Assembly (NCBI GenBank): GCA_018238155.1
Contig: JABCTZ010000046.1
Location: forward strand, 288,001-352,000
Source: Candidatus Heimdallarchaeota archaeon
GTDB lineage: Archaea > Asgardarchaeota > Heimdallarchaeia > JABLTI01
Reading direction: 5' to 3'
Length of the DNA stretch: 64,000 nt
Part shown: one piece after another, positions 1-9,010 of the stretch
How the letters are laid out: each line of letters starts with the position of its first letter
Position numbering within the stretch: the first letter of the stretch is position 1
Position numbers and translations under genes: made by a program
The notes under the pieces: model-generated
The model's database searches: none
Seen by the model: the letters and a program-made list of their open reading frames with translations, nothing else
What the model was told of the DNA's origin: nothing

Positions 1-574
1 CAACAATTGCACTATCAACTTTTGGAGGAGGATAAAAATTACCTTTTGAAATTTTTTCTACAATTTTGACTTCTGCTTGATATTGTAAATTTGCTGATAG
101 GCGAGAATAGTCATCAGTTTTTGGCAGAGCAATCATTCTCTTTGCAAATTCAAGTTGATACATTAAAATAGCAACTTCGAATTTTGTCTGGAGTAATTTG
201 AATGTAATTGGAGAAGAGATATGATAAGGAAGATTTGCTACAATTTTGTTTACCTTAGGCAAATCTAATTTCAAAACATCTCCTTCTATGATAGTTACAT
301 TTTCATTTGATTTAAACTTCTTACGAAGATAACTTGCTAACATTTTATCATATTCAATGCAAAATACATGACCAGCTTTTCTTGCTAATCTCTCAGTTAG
401 GATGCCTGTTCCTCCACCAATTTCAAGAACCGAATCTTTTTCTGAGACTGCTGCATAATCTATTTGCCTTTCAAGGATGTGGCTATTCACCAAAAAATTT
501 TGACTCATTATTTTTCTTGGGCTTATCCCTGCGTCCCTTAATGAGTCTCTTATTTCAGCGATTAAATCAGTCAT
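1..574 (-). CDS. rsmA: 16S rRNA adenine dimethyltransferase RsmA/KsgA/Dim1 (3' end runs off window)
   Basis: Manual translation from ATG at 574: MTDLIAEIRDSLRDAGISPRKNMSQNFLVN...VLEIGGGTGILT...IVANLPYHISSPI...FYPPPKVDSA, matching the KsgA QNFL, GxGxG and NLPY motifs. Not in the ORF track because it is truncated. Confidence 0.93.
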   Translation of the reverse strand, partial: MTDLIAEIRDSLRDAGISPRKIMSQNFLVNSHILERQIDYAAVSEKDSVLEIGGGTGILTERLARKAGHVFCIEYDKMLASYLRKKFKSNENVTIIEGDVLKLDLPKVNKIVANLPYHISSPITFKLLQTKFEVAILMYQLEFAKRMIALPKTDDYSRLSANLQYQAEVKIVEKISKGNFYPPPKVDSAIV

Positions 575-703
575 TATTTTTCATCCGTGGTTATTAATTT
601 CTATCTTTCGTTATAAAAATTAAAGGATAAAATTCAATTTAGTCTTAAAAAAATAAGACATCAATTTTCAAAAGAAAAAGAAGGGAAAAATCCCCCTTAC
701 AAT

Positions 704-1444
704 TTATTGATATTCCATTATAGATAATTGCCCAGCGGAAACTGTCATAGCCATTGGTTTTCTGCTGAATGTATAAGAACCACGCATTTTAATGATTTTG
801 ATAGTGCTAAATGCTTCATCTCCTATAGATACTCTGAGTACTCCATCTACAAGATGTTCAAGTGCTCTAATGTCATGCTCGTTATGAATATCTCTATGTA
901 AAGACATCAACGTAACAGTTGCATCTTTTTTGTTACTTGCAATTCGGTTTTGAACAAATGACAGAGCAGGTCTCAATGTTTCACTTGCGAGTAAAACTGC
1001 TGATAAGCTATCAACAACACCTCTACATTGTATTTTTTGAGTTTGAGTGTGTAACATTGCTCTACGAATTGCTTCACTAATGGCTCGCGGTTGACTAATA
1101 TTATTGACGACATTCTTGAATTGAGAACGCATATCAGAATACCCATAAGGATTTGAGAAAGCATCAATATACACCATTCTTTCAGTTTCAAGCAGAATGT
1201 CAGCATTTACACCCAACGTTCGTAAATTATCAGCATAGTATTTGAATGGGTGTTCAGTACTCATTACCCACCCAGTTTCTCCTCCTCTCAAACCTTCTGT
1301 GAGAAAATTGAGTGTAATTAAATCAGACTCGACACCAATTTCATCTTCAACTAAAATAACTGATCCTCGAGGAATTCCACCACCGAATGCTGCGTCTAAT
1401 ATAGGTAATCCAAATCTTGCGGGTGCTGTTTCATTTTGCGCCAA
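704..1444 (-). CDS. RAD55/KaiC-like RecA-superfamily ATPase, degenerate Walker A
   Basis: FGLPILDAAFGGGIPRGSVILV, YIDAF, VVDSLS, EHLVDGVL, IIKMRG; the P-loop position reads EDEIGVESD. Confidence 0.85.
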   Translation of the reverse strand: MAQNETAPARFGLPILDAAFGGGIPRGSVILVEDEIGVESDLITLNFLTEGLRGGETGWVMSTEHPFKYYADNLRTLGVNADILLETERMVYIDAFSNPYGYSDMRSQFKNVVNNISQPRAISEAIRRAMLHTQTQKIQCRGVVDSLSAVLLASETLRPALSFVQNRIASNKKDATVTLMSLHRDIHNEHDIRALEHLVDGVLRVSIGDEAFSTIKIIKMRGSYTFSRKPMAMTVSAGQLSIMEYQ

Positions 1445-1708
1445 TTTTTTTTCCTCCGAATATAATATGTAAGCTAATATCTATTTATCCTATTTCAAGA
1501 TTATCCCTTGACAACAAAACATCAAATCTAATCTCTTAAAACAATTTACTATTGTTTTATATCTTATTTGCTTTACGTTTCCCTACTATTAACAGTTTTT
1601 GGTATGGCGGATGAAAAGTTGGCTTAAAAAGAGTCCTTTTCTGGAAATTTTTAAAAGGAATGCAATAATGATACTCATAAAAATAAAAAAACAGGAGAAG
1701 AATCTTGA

Positions 1709-2782
1709 ATGGCAATTTTGATTACTGGTGGGACAGGGTATGTTGGAGGAAATTTAGTAGAAGAACTAATTCAAAATCAAGAAGAGTGGGGTATAGATAA
1801 AAAGGATATTTTTGTTCTCGTTCGAGAAGAAAGCAATATTGATCATTTGAAAAAATTAGGTGTTCAATTTATCATTGGAGACCTCAAAAAACCAGACACA
1901 CTAAAGAAAGCCGTGAAAAAAATATCAATTATTTTTCATTTAGGTGCTGTTGTTCTTGATCAGTCTCCACCGGAATTATTACATGAAGTTAACGTTCTTG
2001 GAACAGAAGCACTTCTTGAAGCTTTCTCTAAAGAAAAAGAAATGAAGAAATTCGTTTTCGTAAGTACATGGGGCGTCTACGGATACAAAGTGAAAGCAAA
2101 ACCAATGACTGAAAAGCAACCATTAAATCCAACAACAGATTACCACAAATCAAAAGTAGATGCAGAGGAGATTGTTTGGAAGTATTATCATAAACACAAT
2201 GTTCCGATTTCAATTGCAAGGCTTCCAATGATACTAGGTCCCGGAGATACTTTGACTACACCTCGAGTTGTTCAAGCGTTTTTTGATGGAAAAGTAAAAT
2301 TCATTGGAAACGGCAAGAATCTTTTCTCGGGCGTTCAAGTAAGAGATGCAGCACGTGCAATCATTACTATGGGAATAAAGAAAGAAGGCATTGGTAGCGT
2401 ATATAATGTTAAAAGCTTCGATATTTCCCAGAAGGATTACTGGGTATCCCACATGAAAGCTATTGGTTTCTCTGATGTCAAAATTCCTTCCTTTCCAAAA
2501 TGGTTTGCTATGTTCTTTGCTTGGATGAAGGAAGGAATAGCAAAAATTAAAGGAACTGGAAAAGCAACTTTGACAAGGCATCGTGTTATGCGTTATGGTA
2601 ATACTCGAGTAGTTGATATTTCAAAATTACAAAAGGAATTGAATTGGAAAGGAAAATTTACTGATAGTAAACAGGTCATTAAAGATTCTGTTAAATGGCT
2701 TGAAGAAAATGATTTCATTGACTATGAAAACAAAAAAGTATTACTCCTTCGAAGATGGGAAGATCACTTTATTAGAAAATAA
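1709..2782 (+). CDS. NAD-dependent epimerase/dehydratase (extended SDR, 3-beta-HSD-like)
   Basis: ITGGTGYVG Rossmann motif, YHKSK catalytic YxxxK, ILGPGD. Confidence 0.9.
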   Translation: MAILITGGTGYVGGNLVEELIQNQEEWGIDKKDIFVLVREESNIDHLKKLGVQFIIGDLKKPDTLKKAVKKISIIFHLGAVVLDQSPPELLHEVNVLGTEALLEAFSKEKEMKKFVFVSTWGVYGYKVKAKPMTEKQPLNPTTDYHKSKVDAEEIVWKYYHKHNVPISIARLPMILGPGDTLTTPRVVQAFFDGKVKFIGNGKNLFSGVQVRDAARAIITMGIKKEGIGSVYNVKSFDISQKDYWVSHMKAIGFSDVKIPSFPKWFAMFFAWMKEGIAKIKGTGKATLTRHRVMRYGNTRVVDISKLQKELNWKGKFTDSKQVIKDSVKWLEENDFIDYENKKVLLLRRWEDHFIRK

Positions 2783-2944
2783 GATTAAGTGAATTTCACC
2801 CAATCCTTTTTTACTATCCTTTTATTAATATTTTTTAGATTGATAATTAGTTTTACTCTTTTGCCTCAAAACTAAAGCAATTAAATAGCTATACTGAGTA
2901 AACATTACAATAGTATATAGTTCAATTAACTCTGAGGTTATAGA

Positions 2945-5900
2945 TTGCCAATAATTAGTATCTTGCTTGTGGATGATGAAGAAATACTTTTAGAGGCATC
3001 TAAGCTCTATCTAGAGAATCTAAGTGAAAAATTTCAAATTTTTCCATTAAATTCTGCAATAAAAGCTCTGGAAAAATTAGATTCAAACGCTTTTGATATT
3101 ATTATTTCTGATTATCAAATGCCAAAAATGAATGGTTTAGAATTTCTAGAGAAATTACGAAGTGTTGGAAATGAAACTCCTTTTATAATTTTCACAGGTA
3201 AAGGAAGAGAAGAAGTAGCTATTCAAGCATTAAATCTTGGTGCAGATTATTACCTCCAAAAAGGAGGAGAGACAAGAAGTCAATTCAGAGAACTTGTCAA
3301 TTTAATTGAAAAATTAGTCGAGAAGAAACAAATAGATGTTGCACGTAAGAGATTACTAGAACAACAAATTTCAATCAATAAATTAGCATTAACCCTTGGA
3401 GATACTCGAGATTTAAATAAAATTTACAAAACAGTATTTCAATATATTTATGCAATAATGGATGCAGATACTTTTGTTGTTGATTTTTATAACAAAGAAG
3501 AGAAAACAATTTCACATGGATATACACTCATTGAAGGCAATGTTTTAGATATAATGATGTTTCCACCAATTCCTTTGGGTCACAGAGAAAGTGAAATACA
3601 AACAAAAATAATCGAGTCGGGAGAAGTCATATATAAATCCAATTTTTATAAGAACAACAATGATAGTAAAGGTACTAAGAAAGCCGTTAAATCTTCGAAA
3701 AGTGATGGAGTTACAAAGTCAGCTGTTTATGTTCCTATGAAAATAGCTGGAGAGATAATTGGTATTTTACAAATTCAAAGTTATAGACATGATGCCTATT
3801 CCAAAGCAGATATTGAATTACTTTCTGGTATGGCAAATGTTGCTGCTGTTTCAATTCAAAATGCACGTTTATTTAGCAATCAATTTCAAATGACTCAAAA
3901 TTTAATTGAAGAGAAAAATCGAACACAAAAATACCTCAATCTAGCTGATGCACTGATTATAACTTTAGACCATAACGGTAAGGTAATAATGATTAACAAT
4001 AAAGGCTGTGAGATTCTTAATCGCTCTGAAGATGAAATCATAGGAAAAAATTGGTACGAACATTTCATCCCCAAAAAAAATAGGAAGGAAGCATTTGCTA
4101 GATTTAATGATTTAATAAATGGGAAAATCAAGGCAATAACCTCAGTAATAAATCCTATTTTAAGAAAATCAGATGAAGAGAGAATAATTCGATGGAAAAC
4201 AGATGTTCGTAGAGATCAACAAAATAAAATTATTGGCATCCTAAGCTCAGGTATTGATATCACAGATGAAGTAAAAACACAAGAATCATTGATGATTTTT
4301 CAAACAAGATATCAAAGACTACTAGAAAATGTTGATCAAGGGATAATCATTTTTGAAGAACAAAAAGTAGTTTTTCTAAATGACAAAACTTGCGAAATTT
4401 ATGGACGGTCAATGGAAGAACTAATGAAATTTAGTTTTTTGGACGTTTGTGCACCCGAAGACAGAGCTCAATTGGAGAAATTATTGAAACAAGAGAGAGA
4501 TGAAGGTGAGTTAATAGAAGAAACTTCTTTCTGGACTATAACTCAAAATGGTGAAAGGAAATTCATTCAAAACAGAATCTATTTTGCTTATGAGAATGGA
4601 AATATTGTTAATCGATTTATGTTTGTTAGTGATAAAACAAATGAGATGCTAACAAATAACGCATTAAAAATGTCAGAAGAAAATTATCGTACAACTTTGA
4701 ACTCAATGGGTGTACCTATCCATGTTGCTGATAAAGATTTGCGGATTATACTTACAAATCAAAGTCTCATAGATTGGCTTAAGAATTTAGATATTAACTC
4801 CAATATTATTGGAAAAAAGATTTTTGATGTCTTTCCGTTTCTACCGCAGAGGGTTAAGGATGAATATAAGCAAACCATTGAAACTAAACAAATTGTAACT
4901 TCTGAAGATGTTTCTCATTTAAAAAGTTTCAATGTGATGAATGAAACTAGAAAAATACCTGTTATTGAAGATGGAGAAGTTGTTAGAATTATCACGATTA
5001 TACGTGATATTACAGAACAAAAAGAAATGGAAATGCAATTACGAGAAAACGAACAAAATACTCGAAGATTACTGGATAATTTGAATGATGGAATAGTACT
5101 GTTCAATTTCCAAGGAAAGATCATTGATACAAACAAAAAATCTTCTGAAATTCTTGGGTTTTCACAAGAAGAATTGGAGACCATGGCATTCAATGATTTC
5201 ATTGACGAAAGTGATGCACAAAAATTTGCTGATTTCTATAAGAAAATTATTGAGACAGGCAATGCTAGCTTCAATCTTCGTTTAAAAACAAAAGATAACC
5301 TTCAATTTCTTTCTGAAATCAATGCTAGTTTAATTGAGCTTGTCGGAAAGCATTACATTCAAGCTATTTTCCGTGATGTATCACAAAGAAAGCAATTAGA
5401 AGAGGAGAAGGAGAAGCGAATAAATGATCTTATGTTCCTCTCTCAAACAGCAGTTAATTTTGTAAGCCTTCCAATAAATGAAAATATCTATGAATATATT
5501 GGATTAAAGATTCGAGAAATTGTAGGAGAATCTATAGTAATTACTTTCTCCTTTGATAGTGAAAATAATATGTTCTCTTCTCAAGCTCTCATTGGAGCTA
5601 GAAAAAAAGAATTATTAAATATTATTGATTTGAATCCTATAGGAGTGAAAATTAAAGTCACAAAAGATGTTCTAGATTTTATTAAGAATAACCCTATTGG
5701 AAAATTCAACGAATCCTTGAATACAATTTCGGAGGGATTATTCTCTAAAGATCAAGAAAAACTAATTCGTAGCTTGTACAAAATAGATAATGTTTTTTCA
5801 GTATCTTTTACTCATTTGGGTAGATTGTTTGGTACAGTTATTATAGCACCAACTGATAAAGAAATCAATGATCTACCAAACAGAGAATTACTCTCTGCGT

Positions 5901-7873
5901 TTGCAAATCAAACTGCTGTTGCTTTGTTAAGAAGAAAAGCTGAAAGAGATTTACATGATAGTGAAGAAAAATATCGGATTTTATTTAGTGATTCAAATGA
6001 TGGAATATTTATTTTTAATTCTAAATTTGAAATAATTGATTTCAACCAAAAAGCAGAGGAACTTTTAGGATTTAAAGATGATATTCTTCGAGAGAAAAAA
6101 ATAACTGATTTGTTACCTAAACAGAACATTGAAAGGTTTCTTGAAAAAATAATGAATCTACAAGACAATAAAATTACCAAATTTGAAATGGATTTAAGTA
6201 ATCAGTTAGATAGAACATTTACTGTTGAAATTACTGCAAACTATATTGAAGTTGGTCAAAAGCAACTAATTCAAATTATATTCAGAGATATCACTCAAAA
6301 GAAAATTGTCGAAGAAATCAGAACAAGACACATTAATACTATGAGATTTATTTCATACTCAGCTATGGAATTTGTAGCATTACCTTCTGAAAAGAATATT
6401 TTTCATTTCATTGCTGAAAAAATAAGTGAACTCGCCGAGAATTCTATAGTAGTTGTTTCTACATATAATAATGAAAGCGACACATTTTCTGCTTCAGCAA
6501 TAATGGGAATAAACCGACACTTAGAAAGTCTTGTCAATATTTTGGGGCAAAGTCCAAATAAAATATCTGTAAAAATAGATAAGAAATATATTAATCTACA
6601 AAATATTGGAAAATTAAAAAAACTTCAATGTACTATTGATGAGCTTACAAAGAGTTCGTTAAGCAAAAAACAAGGAACAATTCTATGGAAATTAATGAAT
6701 CTAGGTGAAATGTATTCTCTTGAATTCGTTGAAGATGGAAAGCTATCTGGAACTGTCCTCATTGTAGTGAAAAAGGGAAAGCAATTACAAAATATAGAAC
6801 TAATTGAAGCTTTTTGCAATCAAGCATCTGTTGCATTGCTTCGAAAGCTTACTGAAGAGGAACTTATAGAGAGCGAAGAACGTTTCAGGGAACTTGTTGA
6901 AACAATGAATGATGGTTTTGGTATGGATGATGAAAATGGTTTTATTACCTATATCAATGCTAAGTATAGAGAAATGCTTGGGTACAGTCAAGAAGAAATG
7001 TTAGGTAAAAAAGCATTTGAGTTTTTAGATGAAGCAAGTCAAGAGGCATACTTGAATGAAAACAGTGAAAGGAAAAATGGCTTTTATCGACCTTATGAAA
7101 TCAATTGGAGAAGAAAAGATGGAAAGATAATACCGACAATTGTTTCCCCGAAAGCAATCTTGGATGCAGAAGATAAATTCCTAGGAACATATGCGGTTAT
7201 AACAGATATCTCGGAAAGAAAAGCGGCAGAAACAAGATTACAAAACCAACAAATAGAATTACAAAAACAGAGAGATGAATTGGAATCATTTACCTCAACA
7301 ATTGCTCATGATCTTAGAGGAAAAATGCAAATAATTTCTTTGTACAATTCAATAGCTAAAACAGAATACAGTCATAAAATTTCTGAAAGCATAGAAGAAA
7401 TGTCTGCTTTCATCGAAGATTTATTGTTATTGGCCAAAAAAGGTGAAATTCTCGGAGATATAGTAAAAGTAAATCTAAATGATTTAATTAAAAATTTGAA
7501 AACAAAAATTTGTACCTTAAGTCCTGAGCTTGAAATTAAAATAAGTAAATTGCCAACAATGAAAGGAGATCAAGTGAAACTGGGTCAAGTTTTCGAAAAT
7601 CTAATGATGAATGTAGTAAAACATGCAAAAGCTTCAAAGCTAGAAATTTATCAGGAAAAGGATAAAAATTGTATACAAATAATTTTCAAAGATAACGGAA
7701 AAGGAATTTCAGAGAAGAAAAAACTTGAAATCATAGAATCATGGAGCACAAAACGTTATTCATCATTTGGAATGTTAATAATAGTAAAAATTGTCCAAGC
7801 ACATAAAGGTCAAATTTTATTAGAAAGTGAAGAGGGAAAAGGAACAAAAATAGTGCTTACTTTTCCCAAATGA
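2945..7873 (+). CDS. Hybrid signalling protein: REC - GAF - multiple PAS/GAF-like - histidine kinase
   Basis: LLVDDE...ISDYQMP...FTGKG...LQKG receiver; GAF (VPMKIAGEIIGILQI); repeated PAS ends (IRDITEQK, FRDVSQRK, FRDITQKK, ITDISERK); H-box IAHDLR; N-box ENLMMNVVKH; DNGKG. Confidence 0.92.
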   Translation: MPIISILLVDDEEILLEASKLYLENLSEKFQIFPLNSAIKALEKLDSNAFDIIISDYQMPKMNGLEFLEKLRSVGNETPFIIFTGKGREEVAIQALNLGADYYLQKGGETRSQFRELVNLIEKLVEKKQIDVARKRLLEQQISINKLALTLGDTRDLNKIYKTVFQYIYAIMDADTFVVDFYNKEEKTISHGYTLIEGNVLDIMMFPPIPLGHRESEIQTKIIESGEVIYKSNFYKNNNDSKGTKKAVKSSKSDGVTKSAVYVPMKIAGEIIGILQIQSYRHDAYSKADIELLSGMANVAAVSIQNARLFSNQFQMTQNLIEEKNRTQKYLNLADALIITLDHNGKVIMINNKGCEILNRSEDEIIGKNWYEHFIPKKNRKEAFARFNDLINGKIKAITSVINPILRKSDEERIIRWKTDVRRDQQNKIIGILSSGIDITDEVKTQESLMIFQTRYQRLLENVDQGIIIFEEQKVVFLNDKTCEIYGRSMEELMKFSFLDVCAPEDRAQLEKLLKQERDEGELIEETSFWTITQNGERKFIQNRIYFAYENGNIVNRFMFVSDKTNEMLTNNALKMSEENYRTTLNSMGVPIHVADKDLRIILTNQSLIDWLKNLDINSNIIGKKIFDVFPFLPQRVKDEYKQTIETKQIVTSEDVSHLKSFNVMNETRKIPVIEDGEVVRIITIIRDITEQKEMEMQLRENEQNTRRLLDNLNDGIVLFNFQGKIIDTNKKSSEILGFSQEELETMAFNDFIDESDAQKFADFYKKIIETGNASFNLRLKTKDNLQFLSEINASLIELVGKHYIQAIFRDVSQRKQLEEEKEKRINDLMFLSQTAVNFVSLPINENIYEYIGLKIREIVGESIVITFSFDSENNMFSSQALIGARKKELLNIIDLNPIGVKIKVTKDVLDFIKNNPIGKFNESLNTISEGLFSKDQEKLIRSLYKIDNVFSVSFTHLGRLFGTVIIAPTDKEINDLPNRELLSAFANQTAVALLRRKAERDLHDSEEKYRILFSDSNDGIFIFNSKFEIIDFNQKAEELLGFKDDILREKKITDLLPKQNIERFLEKIMNLQDNKITKFEMDLSNQLDRTFTVEITANYIEVGQKQLIQIIFRDITQKKIVEEIRTRHINTMRFISYSAMEFVALPSEKNIFHFIAEKISELAENSIVVVSTYNNESDTFSASAIMGINRHLESLVNILGQSPNKISVKIDKKYINLQNIGKLKKLQCTIDELTKSSLSKKQGTILWKLMNLGEMYSLEFVEDGKLSGTVLIVVKKGKQLQNIELIEAFCNQASVALLRKLTEEELIESEERFRELVETMNDGFGMDDENGFITYINAKYREMLGYSQEEMLGKKAFEFLDEASQEAYLNENSERKNGFYRPYEINWRRKDGKIIPTIVSPKAILDAEDKFLGTYAVITDISERKAAETRLQNQQIELQKQRDELESFTSTIAHDLRGKMQIISLYNSIAKTEYSHKISESIEEMSAFIEDLLLLAKKGEILGDIVKVNLNDLIKNLKTKICTLSPELEIKISKLPTMKGDQVKLGQVFENLMMNVVKHAKASKLEIYQEKDKNCIQIIFKDNGKGISEKKKLEIIESWSTKRYSSFGMLIIVKIVQAHKGQILLESEEGKGTKIVLTFPK

Positions 7874-7890
7874 TAAGTGGAAGAGATGAA

Positions 7891-8847
7891 TTATCGCCAA
7901 ACTTTTTTGAATATTCGAATAAAATTTCCATGGCAAATTTTGTTGATATCTTCATTTGAATATCCTCGTTCTTCCATCTCAGCAACTAATTTATTGAATC
8001 CTGTGACGTCCTTTACTTCTGTGGGTACACCTGTACCATCAAAATCACTTCCAAACGCTACGTGATCAGGACCGACAAGATTTTTGACATAATCAACATG
8101 ATCGATGATTTTAGTAAATGGTGTGTCATTACTACTTCTACAATCTTCTCTTAGGAACATGTTTCCAAAATTAATACCCATAACACCTCCATTATCAGCT
8201 AAAGCATGTATCATTTCATCTGTTAAGTTTCTCGAGACAGGGCATATTGATCTGCAGCTTGAGTGAGAAGCAATAATAGGTTTCTTTGATATATCAAGAA
8301 CATCCCAGAAGCTTTTATCAGAAAGATGAGAAACATCTACTATAACACCTAACTTATTTGCTTCGAGAATCAATTCTCGACCTTCACTAGTAATACCTCG
8401 AGTATCTTCAGGAGTGTTTGGGTCAAAAGAAGAGCCCGAACCGAAAATATTCACATCTGACCATGTGATTCCAATTGAACGCAATCCTAATCTATAGAGG
8501 ATATTAAAAAAATGAAGTTCGGTATCAAAACCACCAATGCCTTCGATATGAAAAATAACACCTACTTTTTCTTCTTTTTCGGCTTTTTCTAAATCATTAG
8601 GCTTTTTGATAAACATGGCGTTGTTTTTTGGTTCTTCAACCAATTCCAGAAGCTGTTGAGTACCTCTTTGAATATGGTATTGATTAATACCAGGCCAAAT
8701 AGCAAAAAAAGCGGCAATAACATTACCTTTTTTCATACGAGGAAAGTCAACGTGACCTTTATCGGATTCTTCAAAGAATTTTCTTCTTTGTTGAATCAGT
8801 GCAAGTAAAACATCAGTATGTCCGTCAATAACTGCTTGATCTTTCAT
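7891..8847 (-). CDS. Membrane/renal-type dipeptidase (peptidase M19)
   Basis: IDGHTD, VDVSHLSD, ASHS, RNLTD, GSDFDG. Confidence 0.93.
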   Translation of the reverse strand: MKDQAVIDGHTDVLLALIQQRRKFFEESDKGHVDFPRMKKGNVIAAFFAIWPGINQYHIQRGTQQLLELVEEPKNNAMFIKKPNDLEKAEKEEKVGVIFHIEGIGGFDTELHFFNILYRLGLRSIGITWSDVNIFGSGSSFDPNTPEDTRGITSEGRELILEANKLGVIVDVSHLSDKSFWDVLDISKKPIIASHSSCRSICPVSRNLTDEMIHALADNGGVMGINFGNMFLREDCRSSNDTPFTKIIDHVDYVKNLVGPDHVAFGSDFDGTGVPTEVKDVTGFNKLVAEMEERGYSNEDINKICHGNFIRIFKKVWR

Positions 8848-9010
8848 AATAATACATCACAAATAGATTAATTTAAATGAAATATATTCCAATCTTCGAA
8901 ATAACTTCACTTTTGAGTAATTAAATATTCTCGAAAAATCCACTGGCTTTACTAGAAAAAAAAATTCAAGAGATGAGTTACCACGAAAGGCAGCTCAAAT
9001 CTAAGTAATT

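Noticed and set aside
334-597. 87-aa + strand ORF
   Set aside because: Antisense to the clear rsmA gene
8970-9003. Hairpin considered as a SECIS-like element
   Set aside because: No tandem GA quartet and no UGA-containing gene nearby; followed by a T-tract on the minus strand, so more likely the terminator of 9011-11053
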